NCBI GenBank assembly: GCA_963745025.1
Contig: CAVUWD010000006.1
Span: forward strand, 224,001-288,000
Direction: 5' to 3'
Length of the DNA stretch: 64,000 bases
Source of the DNA: an uncultured delta proteobacterium
GTDB lineage: Bacteria > Desulfobacterota > Binatia > JACPRU01
Positions 32,382 to 41,937 of this stretch are shown in pieces (within the stretch, counting starts at the first letter, position 1; each line of letters starts with the position of its first letter). Below the pieces are notes generated by a model, which saw only the letters and a program-made list of their open reading frames with translations, ran no database searches and had not been told where the DNA came from. The position numbers and the translations under genes were made by a program.

Positions 32382-33698
32382 ATGCATCGACGAATCGACT
32401 ACGGACGAACGGGACTCGAGATCGAGATCCCCCCCGGCGCGGACGTCGAGGTGGTCGAGAGCCCGCGTGCCACACCGCTCGCGGATCCAATCGAGGCGGT
32501 GCGCGCCGCGCTCGCGCACCCGATCGGCACGCCGCCGCTGGCCGACATCGCGCGAGGCAGGCGCGACGCCGTCGTCGTGATCTCGGACAAGACTCGGCCG
32601 GTGCCGAACGGCGTGATGTTGCCGTCGATCCTCGAGACGCTCGAGCGCGCCGGCATCGCGCGCGAGCGGATCGAGATTCTGGTCGGCACCGGTCTCCATC
32701 GGGCCAACACCACCGAGGAGCTCGCCGAGATGACGAGCCCGGAGATCGTCGCCGGTTATCGCATCCGCAATCACGCGGCGCGGGATCGGGCGAGCCACCG
32801 CCACCTCGGGCGGACGAGCCGCGGCACCGAGATCTGGCTCGACGGGGGCTACCTCGACGCCGACTTGAAGATCGTCACCGGTCTCATCGAGCCACACTTG
32901 ATGGCCGGCTTCTCCGGCGGCCGTAAGGGGGTCGCTCCCGGCCTCGCCGGCGTCGACATGATGCGCACCCTCCATGGACCCGCGATGCTCGAGGACCATC
33001 TCGGACCCGGCATCCTCGAGGGGAACCCGTTTCACGAAGAGCTCCTCGAGATCGCGCGTCGGGCAGGTGTCGATCTGCTCGTCAACGTCGCGGTCGATCG
33101 CCAACGCCGGCTGACCGGGGTGTTCGCGGGCGATCTCGTGGAAGCGCACCTCGCCGGGGTACGCCTCGTCGAAGAGCACGTGAGAGTCGACCTCGACGCC
33201 GGGGCCGACATCGTGGTCACGTCGGCGGGGGGATATCCGCTCGACGCGACGCTCTACCAATCGATCAAGGGGCTCATCGGAACGCTCAATGTGGTGAAGC
33301 GCGGTGGCAGCGTGATCCTCGCAGCCGAGATCTCGGAGGGGATCGGCAGCGCGGAGTTCCGGAAACTACTCGGCGAGCTCACCGGTAACGAGCCGTTCAT
33401 GGAGAAGATCACGCGGCCGGGCTTCTTCGTGATCGATCAGTGGATGGCGCAGCATCTCTGCCAAGTGCTGCGCAAGAGCGAGGTCACGATCGTCTCTCGC
33501 GGTCTCGACCTCGCGGCATTTCCACGCTTGCCGATCCAGCGGGCAGCATCGGTCGAGGAGGCACTCGCCGGCGCACTCGCCAAGCACGGCCGCGGCGCGC
33601 GTGTGCTGTTGATTCCGGAAGGTCCTTACGTGATCGGCACCGTGCGCGGCCGGAAGCTTGCCATCGGTCGTGCGTGGCAACAGGGCGAGGCCGCTTGA
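32382..33698 (+). CDS. larA: LarA-family nickel-pincer-dependent racemase/epimerase
   Basis: VISDKTRPVP, GTGLHR, NHAA, IEPHLMAGFSGGRKG and GGYPLDATLYQSIKG. Confidence 0.9.
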   Translation: MHRRIDYGRTGLEIEIPPGADVEVVESPRATPLADPIEAVRAALAHPIGTPPLADIARGRRDAVVVISDKTRPVPNGVMLPSILETLERAGIARERIEILVGTGLHRANTTEELAEMTSPEIVAGYRIRNHAARDRASHRHLGRTSRGTEIWLDGGYLDADLKIVTGLIEPHLMAGFSGGRKGVAPGLAGVDMMRTLHGPAMLEDHLGPGILEGNPFHEELLEIARRAGVDLLVNVAVDRQRRLTGVFAGDLVEAHLAGVRLVEEHVRVDLDAGADIVVTSAGGYPLDATLYQSIKGLIGTLNVVKRGGSVILAAEISEGIGSAEFRKLLGELTGNEPFMEKITRPGFFVIDQWMAQHLCQVLRKSEVTIVSRGLDLAAFPRLPIQRAASVEEALAGALAKHGRGARVLLIPEGPYVIGTVRGRKLAIGRAWQQGEAA

Positions 33699-33717
33699 TC
33701 GACGACAAGCGTAGCCG

Positions 33718-34620
33718 CTACTCGAACGCGCGCATCAGCTCCTCGATCGCCTTCATCTGTCCGCCCGAGGCCGAGGAAGGCACGAGGATGGGCGTCTTCA
33801 CTCCGGCGGCAAGCCAAGCCTCGAAGCCGTGGCGCACCGCGGCAGCCGACCCGAAGAGCGTGACGTCGCGAAGCCAGCGATCGGACATCGCCGCGGCGAC
33901 GCCGTCGCGATCGTTGGCGGCGATCGCCTGCTGGATTCTCCGCATCTCGTCCTCGTAGCCCGCCTCGATCCAGTAGTTCTGATAGTTCGGCAGCGCGGCG
34001 TAGCCTCGTAGCGTCTTGCGCATCACGGCCGCCGCGGCCGCGCCATCGTCGGAGATGCAGGTGGGGATCATGTTGCCGACGAAGAACTCCTCGGATTTGC
34101 GCTGCTCGGGCTTCAGAAGGGCGAGCGACGCCGGCATGTGGGACCGCGCCGCATTGGCCCAAACGGCACCGCTGGCGATCTCGGCGGCGAGCCGCACCAT
34201 CGGCTTCCGTAGCGTGGCGAGCACGATCGGCGGCAGATCGCCATCGGCTTCCGCCCCCTTGCGCAGCTCCTCGACGAATCGCCGTACGTCCTCCGTCGGC
34301 TTCCCGGTCTTCACCTCGTAGTGGGCATTCACCGGCGCGTGGCTGACACCGATGCCGAAGCGGAAGCGGCCGCCGGAGATCTCGTGCACGAGGCAAGCAG
34401 TCTTCGCGTAGTCGTGAGGGTGCCGCGTATAGATGTTGACGATCGAGGTACCGAACGGAATCGAGCGGGTAACGAGGGCGAGCGCCTCGCAAAGACCGAG
34501 CCCGTCACCGAAGCTCGGACAATAGAGCCCCATGAAGCCCCGGCGTTCGATTTCTTGGGCGAGATCCAGGGTGGCGCGGCGGCGGCCAGCGATCGCAGCG
34601 AACGAGATGGCGGGCTTCAT
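33718..34620 (-). CDS. LLM-class flavin-dependent oxidoreductase
   Basis: FGTSIVNIYTRHP, ISGGRFRFGIGVSH, PIVLATL and LPNYQNYW. Confidence 0.88.
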   Translation of the reverse strand: MKPAISFAAIAGRRRATLDLAQEIERRGFMGLYCPSFGDGLGLCEALALVTRSIPFGTSIVNIYTRHPHDYAKTACLVHEISGGRFRFGIGVSHAPVNAHYEVKTGKPTEDVRRFVEELRKGAEADGDLPPIVLATLRKPMVRLAAEIASGAVWANAARSHMPASLALLKPEQRKSEEFFVGNMIPTCISDDGAAAAAVMRKTLRGYAALPNYQNYWIEAGYEDEMRRIQQAIAANDRDGVAAAMSDRWLRDVTLFGSAAAVRHGFEAWLAAGVKTPILVPSSASGGQMKAIEELMRAFE

Positions 34621-34707
34621 GCCCCCTTCATCGACGATCGATACCCGCGAGTCAAACCCTCTGGCCGCTGCCCGTCAGCTCCATCCGTGCCTCCGTTCGA
34701 ACGGACC

Positions 34708-35844
34708 CTACCGCAGGATCTCTCCGGTGTAGACCACCTCGAACGCGCTTCCCGGGATCCGCTTGAGATCGCCGAGACGCGAGTCGTTCCAACGCGGGTC
34801 GTGCGCACCGCTCACGAACCAATCCGAACCGTTGTCGGCGACGAACATGCCGTACTTCTTGAGCGCTGCGCAGACGATCTGCGCTTCCGAGCTATAGCCC
34901 GCGCAGCTGTAGGACGATTTCATCCGCAGTCGAAGCCCCATCGGCGGCCGGGCCGGATCCGTGCTCGACGACGCATAGTGCGTCGCGGGATGGATGTAGC
35001 CCTGTTGCGTGGCACGCACCGTGAAGCGGAGCGCGTGGTTGATGACACCCTGCTCGACGACCTCGTCGTATCGCACGAGCCCCGGGAAGATCGGCAGCCC
35101 CGCAGCGTCGGCCGACGTCCAGCCGTCTGGCCGCAATGCGTTGCTGCGCAGGTCGAAGATCGCGCCGGATCCAGCGTACCAACGGTCCGTGTAGGGATCC
35201 CCGCTCGAACCGGGCGGCCAGGCCCAGTAGAGCTCGTGGAGCTGGCAGCGCTCGAGGCCGAGCATGAGGATGTGGCGGTCACCGGTACCGTCTGAGCCGC
35301 CTTCGATCGGCGGGTTGTCGGGAATCGGATACGGCCCGGGATCGCTCTCGTCGGCGTAGAGGAAGGCAACGGGGACGAGGGGCTGCGCCGCGGGCACCAC
35401 CGCATAGGGGAAGCCGATCGGCGCGCCGTTCCAGAACGTGCCGAAGTCGGGATGCAGGTACTTCGTGGGCCCGATGAAATTGATGTATGCGGCCGAATTC
35501 GGATGGACCGGGTAGCTGGAGATGTCGGTGTTCCACGGATTGTCCGGCGGAAAGATCGAGCAGCTCGCCGACGTCGGAGTCGGGGTAGGGGTAGGCGACG
35601 AGGGCGGAGGCGGTGTCCGCGTCGGAGTCGGGGCGAGGGTCGGTGTGGCGCTCGACACGGGTGTATTCGTCGTCGTCGGCCTCGCGGTGGCGCTAGGCGC
35701 CGGCGTGGGCGTTCGCGTCAGGGTGGGCGTCGGCGTGCGTCTCCAGCGCGGTCGCGCCTCGGTCTCCCGCGGCGAGCCGATCTGCAGGAGTTGGCCGACG
35801 GTGAGTGCCAGGACGAGCGCGCCAAGCCTCCGCGTTGATTTCAT
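34708..35844 (-). CDS. Secreted protein with a Pro/Thr linker and a conserved domain of unknown function
   Basis: Signal peptide, (PT)n linker, then CSIFPPDNPWNTDIS, YADESDPGPYPIP, GWTSADAAGLPI and ALKKYGMFVADNGS. Confidence 0.85.
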   Translation of the reverse strand: MKSTRRLGALVLALTVGQLLQIGSPRETEARPRWRRTPTPTLTRTPTPAPSATARPTTTNTPVSSATPTLAPTPTRTPPPPSSPTPTPTPTSASCSIFPPDNPWNTDISSYPVHPNSAAYINFIGPTKYLHPDFGTFWNGAPIGFPYAVVPAAQPLVPVAFLYADESDPGPYPIPDNPPIEGGSDGTGDRHILMLGLERCQLHELYWAWPPGSSGDPYTDRWYAGSGAIFDLRSNALRPDGWTSADAAGLPIFPGLVRYDEVVEQGVINHALRFTVRATQQGYIHPATHYASSSTDPARPPMGLRLRMKSSYSCAGYSSEAQIVCAALKKYGMFVADNGSDWFVSGAHDPRWNDSRLGDLKRIPGSAFEVVYTGEILR

Positions 35845-35857
35845 GTGTAGCGATCCA

Positions 35858-35873
35858 AGCAAGTTCGATACCG
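35858..35873 (-). promoter_or_regulatory. Putative sigma-54 promoter for the secreted protein gene
   Basis: Minus strand CGGTATCGAACTTGCT (GG-N10-GC); palindrome GTGAC-N7-GTCAC at 35955-35971 upstream. Confidence 0.45.
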
Positions 35874-36051
35874 GGGCACAGAGCGAACTTCGGCGGGAAA
35901 GCCGACCCGAAATCGGCGTCCCGCACGAGAATCCAGCGATTTGCGGGCTCGGGTGTGACGAAATCGGTCACGTGCCCGTTACGGGTTCGACGGTTGCACT
36001 CGATCCTCGGCTTTGACATCTCGAATCGTTTGGCTACCACGAAGTCCGCAA

Positions 36052-37650
36052 ATGCCTCGAGACCTCGATCTGACGCTCTCGCTCGACGACGCCGCCAGCG
36101 ACGAATCGCTGCGCGCGTCGGTCGCCCGACGGCTACGGATCGACGTCGAGCGGATTTCCGCGGTCGAGGTGCTGCGCAAAGCAATCGACGCGCGCGGGGC
36201 GGGGGCGAAGTTTCAGCTCCATGCGCGTATCTTTCTCGACCACGAGGATCGCCCACGACGACCCGCCGCCGTCTCGCCTCCGCGGCTCGGGCCGTTGTCC
36301 GAACGAGAACGTCCCGTGGTCATCGTCGGGGGCGGTCCGGCCGGTCTCTTCTGCGCGCTCGGGCTCGCCGAGCGCGGCATTCGCGCCGTCGTCCTCGATC
36401 GGGGTAAGCCCGTACAAGCGCGTCGGCGCGACATCGCTCTGCTCAACAAGCAGGGGATCGTCAATCCGGAGTCCAATTACTGCTTCGGCGAGGGCGGCGC
36501 CGGCACCTACAGCGATGGCAAGCTCTACACCCGCGCCGACAAACGGGGGCCGGTCGCCGAGGTGCTGCGGACGCTCGTCGCCCACGGGGCGCCGCCGGAT
36601 ATCTTGGTCGACGCACGGCCCCACATCGGCTCGAACCGGCTCCCCAGAGTCGTGACGCGACTTCGCGAGACCCTCGTGGCGGCGGGGACGACCGTGCGCT
36701 TCGAATCGCGCGTCGTCCACCTTCATCGCGAGCGGGACCGGATCCGGGGCGTGCGATTGGCGAGCGGCGAGGAAATCGAGGCCGCCGCGGTCGCGATCGC
36801 CACGGGTCACAGCGCGCGCGACATGTTCGAGCTGCTCGCCGTGGCTGGCGCGCGGCTCGAGCCGAAGCCCTTCGCCGTCGGCGTGCGAGTCGAGCATCCG
36901 CAACCGCTGATCGACGAAATCCAATACGGCAAGGACGCACGCCATCCGTTGCTCCCGGCCGCTTCCTACCGTCTCACCGCAACGGTGACCGGCCGAGGCG
37001 TCTACTCCTTCTGCATGTGTCCCGGCGGATGGATCGTGCCGTCGACGACGGAGCCCGAAGCGATCGTCGTCAACGGCATGTCGCTGTCACGCCGCGATTC
37101 ACCATTCGCAAACAGCGGCATCGTCGTCTCGATCGAGCCGTCAGACCTGAAGGCGTTGGGCTACGCCGGTATCTTCGCGGGCGTTCTGTTCCAGGACTCG
37201 ATCGAGCATCGCGCCTGGCAGCTCGGCGGCGGAGCGCAGAAGGCGCCCGCGCAGCGCCTCACGGATTTTCTCGCCGGGCGCGAATCGCAGACCCTGCCGC
37301 GCTCGAGCTATCGCCCCGGCGTGCGCGCTGCGCCGCTTCACGTCGAACTGCCGCACCTTCTCTCCGAGCGGCTCCGCGTTGCGCTGAACCGATTCGGGCG
37401 CGCGATGAAAGGCTTCGTTACCAGCGAGGCGATCGTCGTCGGCGTCGAGTCGCGATCGTCGAGCCCGATCCGTGTGGTGCGCGATCCCGATACGCTCGAA
37501 AGCCCGACTCTCGCGGGACTCTTTCCGTGCGGTGAAGGTGCTGGTTACGCCGGCGGCATCGTCAGCGCCGCGCTCGATGGGCTGCGCGTGGCGGAGCGCG
37601 TCGCGGCTCGCGCCAAGAGTCGAGCCCACAGCAGCTCGCGCGATCGGTAA
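36052..37650 (+). CDS. Uncharacterised FAD-dependent oxidoreductase (COG2509 type)
   Basis: GGGPAG, FGEGGAGTYSDGKL, PHIGS, FCMCPGG and GEGAGYAGGIVSAALDG. Confidence 0.92.
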   Translation: MPRDLDLTLSLDDAASDESLRASVARRLRIDVERISAVEVLRKAIDARGAGAKFQLHARIFLDHEDRPRRPAAVSPPRLGPLSERERPVVIVGGGPAGLFCALGLAERGIRAVVLDRGKPVQARRRDIALLNKQGIVNPESNYCFGEGGAGTYSDGKLYTRADKRGPVAEVLRTLVAHGAPPDILVDARPHIGSNRLPRVVTRLRETLVAAGTTVRFESRVVHLHRERDRIRGVRLASGEEIEAAAVAIATGHSARDMFELLAVAGARLEPKPFAVGVRVEHPQPLIDEIQYGKDARHPLLPAASYRLTATVTGRGVYSFCMCPGGWIVPSTTEPEAIVVNGMSLSRRDSPFANSGIVVSIEPSDLKALGYAGIFAGVLFQDSIEHRAWQLGGGAQKAPAQRLTDFLAGRESQTLPRSSYRPGVRAAPLHVELPHLLSERLRVALNRFGRAMKGFVTSEAIVVGVESRSSSPIRVVRDPDTLESPTLAGLFPCGEGAGYAGGIVSAALDGLRVAERVAARAKSRAHSSSRDR

Positions 37651-37746
37651 GTCCGCTTCCGACGATCGCCGACGCTCGCCTTTCCCAGGCTCGGTTGCTA
37701 TCGTCCTCGGCTCTTGCGCTCACCCATCACCCTGTGGGGCAGACCG

Positions 37747-38136
37747 ATGAAGACCGCGACGGAGCTCTCTCTGTTCCTCGAAAACAAGCCGGGAACGCTG
37801 TCGGCGATCCTCGCCGACTTCAAGAAGCAGCACATCAACCTGGAGGCGATCATGGTCGTCGACCATGCCGATCACGCGCTCGTGCGCATGATCGTCTCCG
37901 ACAAGAAGCGCACGCTCGAGGCGCTCGAAGGTGCTGGACTCCTGGTGATCGAGGCCACGCTGCTGCGGATCGAGGCCTCGAATCGGCCGGGGGCGCTAGG
38001 CGAAGTCTGTGCCCGGCTCGCCCGAGCCAAGATCAACATTCAATATCTGTACGGCAGCGTCGGCATCAGCACGCGCGCCTGCTTGTTCCTGCGCGTGTCC
38101 GACGTCGCCCGCGCCAAGAAAGCGCTCGAACGTTGA
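37747..38136 (+). CDS. Tandem ACT domain protein
   Basis: ELSLFLENKPGTL and NRPGALGEV..LARAKINIQYLYGS. Confidence 0.88.
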   Translation: MKTATELSLFLENKPGTLSAILADFKKQHINLEAIMVVDHADHALVRMIVSDKKRTLEALEGAGLLVIEATLLRIEASNRPGALGEVCARLARAKINIQYLYGSVGISTRACLFLRVSDVARAKKALER

Positions 38137-38453
38137 GCGAAGCGATCGAGGTCGATCTGCGCGGCATCCCCTGCCCGCTCAACTGGGCCCACGCCAAGGT
38201 GCGGCTCGACGCGGCGCGGCGCGGCGAACGTTTCGCCTTCGTCGTCGACGACCCGCGATCGCGGCGGGATCTGCCGCGGGCGGCCGAGGCCGAAGCCTAC
38301 GCGGTGCTAGAGGTGGCGGAATTGAAGGCGGGCAGCTGGCGGATCGTAGTAGAAGAAAGTAGGGCTGCCTGCCGGAGCCGGTTCCGACACGGGAGCATCT
38401 TGGCGCAGCTAGCCCGGCAGATGACCCTGATCGCCGTCGGGCGCGATCCGTAG
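38133..38453 (+). CDS. TusA/SirA-family sulfur carrier; the true stop is probably near 38362
   Basis: TTG start overlapping the ACT stop; VDLRGIPCPLNW and FVVDDP. Confidence 0.78.
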   Translation: MSEAIEVDLRGIPCPLNWAHAKVRLDAARRGERFAFVVDDPRSRRDLPRAAEAEAYAVLEVAELKAGSWRIVVEESRAACRSRFRHGSILAQLARQMTLIAVGRDP

Positions 38454-38460
38454 CACCCTC

Positions 38461-38512
38461 CTAGCCGCTGCCGGTTGAGACCTCGCGGATTCTCTTGCGG
38501 TAGCTGGCAACC
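38461..38512 (-). repeat. GGCTACC-type REP-like element, copy A
   Basis: Minus strand GGTTGCCAGCTACCGCAAGAGAATCCGCGAGGTCTCAACCGGCAGCGGCTAG shares GCTACCGCAAGAGA with copy B and AGAATCCGCG with copy C. Confidence 0.6.
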
Positions 38513-38516
38513 GTCT

Positions 38517-39038
38517 TCATCCGAGCTTCCACTCTCCCGTGTTCATCAACCGCTCGAGCGCCGCGACGATCCCGGGCTCGGCCCAGTCCCGGTAGCCGAT
38601 GTGATGGTGGACGATCCGCCCCGTGCGGTCGACGATGAACGTCTCCGGGTAGCCGGTGATGCCGAGATCCCCGCCGACCTGCCCCTGCGCATCGAGCAGC
38701 ACCGGGAACGTCAATCCCCGCGTCTCGATCCAGGGACCGACCTTCTCGGGATGCTCGTCTTCGCTGATCGCCAGCAGCACGAAGTCGCGTCCCGTCATCT
38801 TCTTCGACAGCGCTTCGAGCGTCGGCATCTCTTCGATGCAGGGCGGGCACCAGGTTGCCCAGAGGTTCAGCAGCACGACCTTGCCGTGTAGGTCATCCAT
38901 GCGCACCACTTTTCCCGAAAGGTCGGGCAGAACGAACTTCGGTGCTTCGCGCGAGCGCGCCGGCGCGCGCAAGGACATCCAAAGCGCCACGAGCCCCAGC
39001 CCGACGACGGTGAGGATGCGGAGCGAGCGGCCCGTCAT
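38517..39038 (-). CDS. TlpA/ResA-family thiol-disulfide reductase
   Basis: Membrane anchor; LNLWATWCPPC and GYPETFIVD. Confidence 0.93.
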   Translation of the reverse strand: MTGRSLRILTVVGLGLVALWMSLRAPARSREAPKFVLPDLSGKVVRMDDLHGKVVLLNLWATWCPPCIEEMPTLEALSKKMTGRDFVLLAISEDEHPEKVGPWIETRGLTFPVLLDAQGQVGGDLGITGYPETFIVDRTGRIVHHHIGYRDWAEPGIVAALERLMNTGEWKLG

Positions 39039-39823
39039 GCCGACGCCTCGATTCGCGGGCTACGCCAGAGAAGAAGCAAGACCCCGACCCCGAAGAGCGC
39101 GCTCGCAATCCACTGCGCTTGCGTCAGGCCGGCGGCGAGCACCGGCTCGACGCGAACGATCTCGATCGTGAAGCGGGCGACGCTCGAGGTCACCAAGTAA
39201 ATCCACATCAGCGAACCGTCGCGCAGTCCCCTTTTTCGGAGGCTCCAGAGCAGACAGAAGATCGCGCAGTAGGCGAGCGTCTCGTACACGGGCGCCGGAT
39301 GAACTCGCGTGTCCGGAGCGAGCCCGCTGTCGCGAAGCCAGGCCGCCCATCCGACGATCGCGCGCGGGTACTGCACCCCCCAGGGCATGCGAGTCGGCCC
39401 TCCCCAGTCGCCGTCGCCCGCCACCTGGCAACCGATCCGGCCGATCGCCTGGCCGATCGCCACCGCCGGCGCGACCATGTCGACCGCCGTGAGCCACGGA
39501 ATCGAGCGGCGCACGACGAATATGCTGAGCGATACGAAGCCGCCGATCAGGCCACCGTACCAGATGAATCCCGATCCGGAGAAGATCGACTCGATCGGAT
39601 GGAGCCGGAAGGTCTGCCAATCGGCGAGGATCGCCAGAAAGCGGGCGCCGACGATTCCGCCGACTGCCCCCCACAGCACGATCGACCACGCATCTTCGGG
39701 ATCGAAGCCCTTCCGTCCGAGCTCCACCGAGACGGCGTACCCCGCGATCAAGAAGCCGAGCGCCATCATCGCGCCGAAGCTGTAGATCGTCAGCGGTCCG
39801 ATTTTCAGGAGAACAGGAACCAT
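39035..39823 (-). CDS. lgt: Prolipoprotein diacylglyceryl transferase
   Basis: GGIVGAR, GFIWYGGLIGG, GQAIGRIGC, HPAPVYE and RFTIEIVR. Confidence 0.93.
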   Translation of the reverse strand: MVPVLLKIGPLTIYSFGAMMALGFLIAGYAVSVELGRKGFDPEDAWSIVLWGAVGGIVGARFLAILADWQTFRLHPIESIFSGSGFIWYGGLIGGFVSLSIFVVRRSIPWLTAVDMVAPAVAIGQAIGRIGCQVAGDGDWGGPTRMPWGVQYPRAIVGWAAWLRDSGLAPDTRVHPAPVYETLAYCAIFCLLWSLRKRGLRDGSLMWIYLVTSSVARFTIEIVRVEPVLAAGLTQAQWIASALFGVGVLLLLWRSPRIEASA

Positions 39824-39917
39824 GGGACGGGAAAATAGACGAACTGCGCTCCACCGGCTACGGGGGGCCCCTGCATGCGGTTGACGGCTCTGCGATCCCG
39901 TGGTCCCCTCAGGCAGA

Positions 39918-40379
39918 ATGCCCTCCGCCGGCTTCTATGCGATCGAGCGCCACACGATCCGCTTCGGGCGGGACGGCGAGTGGTACAGCGACGGCGAGCG
40001 CATCGCCAATCGGCGAATCGCCGACCTTTTCAGCCGTTGCGTGCGACGAAACCCGCAGGGCGGCTTCATGCTGCAGATGGGCGACGAGCGGGCACCGATC
40101 GAGATCGAAGACACGCCGTTCGTCGTGCGCCAGATCGAGGGCGATCGCGAGCGCGGTTTCACGCTCGTCCTGAACGACGGGACGCGCGAGCCGCTCGATC
40201 CGGCGACGCTTCGCTCGGGCCCCGACAACGCGCTCTACTGCCAGGTGAAGGCGGGCGAGTACGAGGCCCGCCTGCTGCGTCCTGTCTACTACGCCCTCAC
40301 GCAGTCGGTGAAGGTCGGCGCGGATGGCCGCTTTGTTCTCGTCGTCGGCGGACGTGACTATCCGATCGATGCCCGCTGA
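39918..40379 (+). CDS. Hypothetical protein, DUF1285-like
   Basis: IRFGRDGEWYSDGERI, IEIEDTPFVV and ARLLRPVYYAL. Confidence 0.7.
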   Translation: MPSAGFYAIERHTIRFGRDGEWYSDGERIANRRIADLFSRCVRRNPQGGFMLQMGDERAPIEIEDTPFVVRQIEGDRERGFTLVLNDGTREPLDPATLRSGPDNALYCQVKAGEYEARLLRPVYYALTQSVKVGADGRFVLVVGGRDYPIDAR

Positions 40380-40839
40380 TCCCGACTTCCAACTGGTTCT
40401 GGTTGCGCCCGAAATTCCTCCGAACACGGGCACTACCGCCCGCCTTTGTGCAGCGACGGGGACCCGCCTTCACCTGGTCGGCCCGCTCGGCTTCTCCCTC
40501 GAAGACCGGTACTTGCGCCGCGCGGGCCTCGATTACTGGCCCGCGGTCGATCTCGAGCGATACGACGATTGGCAAGGCTTCCGCGAAAAGCATCCGTCCG
40601 CACTGCTGCGGCTGTTCTCCGCTCGCGCCAGTCGCTCGTACACGTCAATCGAGTACCAGCGCGGGGATTTCCTCGTGTTTGGCGGTGAGACTCGCGGCCT
40701 GCCTGCCGAGTTGCTCCGGGAACACTCGGAGCGGACGTACACGATCCCCATGCGCACGGCGATCGTGCGCAGCCTCAACCTGGCCAACGCGGCAGCCATC
40801 GTTCTCTACGAGGCCCTGCGTCAGATCGGGCGCACATGA
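40369..40839 (+). CDS. trmL: tRNA (cytidine/uridine-34-2'-O)-methyltransferase
   Basis: PEIPPNTG, LRRAGLDYW, FGGETRGLP and RSLNLANA. Confidence 0.95.
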   Translation: MPADPDFQLVLVAPEIPPNTGTTARLCAATGTRLHLVGPLGFSLEDRYLRRAGLDYWPAVDLERYDDWQGFREKHPSALLRLFSARASRSYTSIEYQRGDFLVFGGETRGLPAELLREHSERTYTIPMRTAIVRSLNLANAAAIVLYEALRQIGRT

Positions 40840-40842
40840 GGA

Positions 40843-40911
40843 GGGCTACGGCCGCAGGATACCGGCTACCGCAAGAGACGCCATGAATTCGTTGCCGCTA
40901 GCCGGTAGCCC
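40843..40911 (+). repeat. GGCTACC-type REP-like element, copy B
   Basis: GGGCTACG..GGATACCGGCTACCGCAAGAGA...TTGCCGCTAGCCGGTAGCCC, just after the trmL stop. Confidence 0.6.
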
Positions 40912-40964
40912 GCCCCGTCGTCCGTTTTGATTCTCCGCAATTTCATCGTAAGAACCATCCCCGG

Positions 40965-41810
40965 ATGCCACCTACCCTACGTCTCCTGCCACTGATCCTC
41001 GCGCTCGGGATGAGCCTCGGCTGTTATTCGCCGACGGTCCAACGCACGCGTACCTACCATCCGTCGGACGCGGATCTCAGCGTGACGAGGATCGTTCACT
41101 CCTCGGCGGTGATCGACTTCCCCGAAACGAAGATCCTGCTCGACCCATGGTACAATCCGACCCCGCCGTTCGGCCCGTCGGAGCCGATGGGCCTGAGCCT
41201 CGAGAAATTGCCGCCGATGCGCGGCATCCTCATCACTCACAAGCACGACGACCACTTCGACGCCGACACGCTCCGAGACTATCCCGACAAGTCGCTCCGC
41301 GTGATCGTGCCGCCTGGCCTCGGCGCGCAAGTACGGGCGATGGGTTATCAGGATGTGGTCGAGCTCGAGCAGTGGGACCGCTCGCAGATCGGCAGCGTGA
41401 TCGTCACCGCCGTGCCTGCTCGACAGAGCGTTCTCGAGAACGGCTACGTGTTGCAGGGCAACTCGGTCACGCTCTACGTCGCCGGCGACACGCGATTCGA
41501 CGGGCAGATGTTCCGCGAGATCGGCGGGCTCTTCCCGACGATCGATGCGGCACTCCTCCCGGTCGGCGGGATCCGCATCTTCGGCGAGCGACTCGACATG
41601 AGCCCGGAGGAAGCCGCGGACGCGTTCGCGATCCTGAAGCCGCAGCACGTGATTCCGTATCACTACGGCCTCACCGGTCCGATGCCCCTTTTCCTGGGCA
41701 CGTCGGACGCCGAAAAGAAGTTTCAGGATGCCGTCGCCGAACGCGACGAGACCGCCCGCAAGGCGGTCATCATCCTCGAGCCCGGCGCGAGCTGGCATCA
41801 TTACCGGTGA
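40965..41810 (+). CDS. MBL-fold metallo-hydrolase lipoprotein
   Basis: Lipobox-like SLGC; ILLDPW, THKHDDH, YVAGDT and VIPYHYG. Confidence 0.88.
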   Translation: MPPTLRLLPLILALGMSLGCYSPTVQRTRTYHPSDADLSVTRIVHSSAVIDFPETKILLDPWYNPTPPFGPSEPMGLSLEKLPPMRGILITHKHDDHFDADTLRDYPDKSLRVIVPPGLGAQVRAMGYQDVVELEQWDRSQIGSVIVTAVPARQSVLENGYVLQGNSVTLYVAGDTRFDGQMFREIGGLFPTIDAALLPVGGIRIFGERLDMSPEEAADAFAILKPQHVIPYHYGLTGPMPLFLGTSDAEKKFQDAVAERDETARKAVIILEPGASWHHYR

Positions 41811-41908
41811 AGTAATTTAATGTGCCGATTCGACAATTCTTGCGTGGATCAGGCAGGACGCTAGTCCTCAGGAACTTGGAATTGCTCGTAAAATCGAGGC
41901 ATGAGCAC

Positions 41909-41924
41909 CGGCATGCCTCTTGCT
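41909..41924 (+). promoter_or_regulatory. Putative sigma-54 promoter of the response regulator gene
   Basis: CGGCATGCCTCTTGCT matches YGGCAY-N5-TTGCW with exact spacing; TGT-N9-ACA at 41821-41835 upstream. Confidence 0.6.
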
Positions 41925-41937
41925 GGCAAAAACCTGC

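Noticed and set aside
35575-35740. Short-period repeats as a possible CRISPR or VNTR
   Set aside because: They encode the Pro/Thr linker. No repeat-spacer array or cas gene was seen anywhere in the window.
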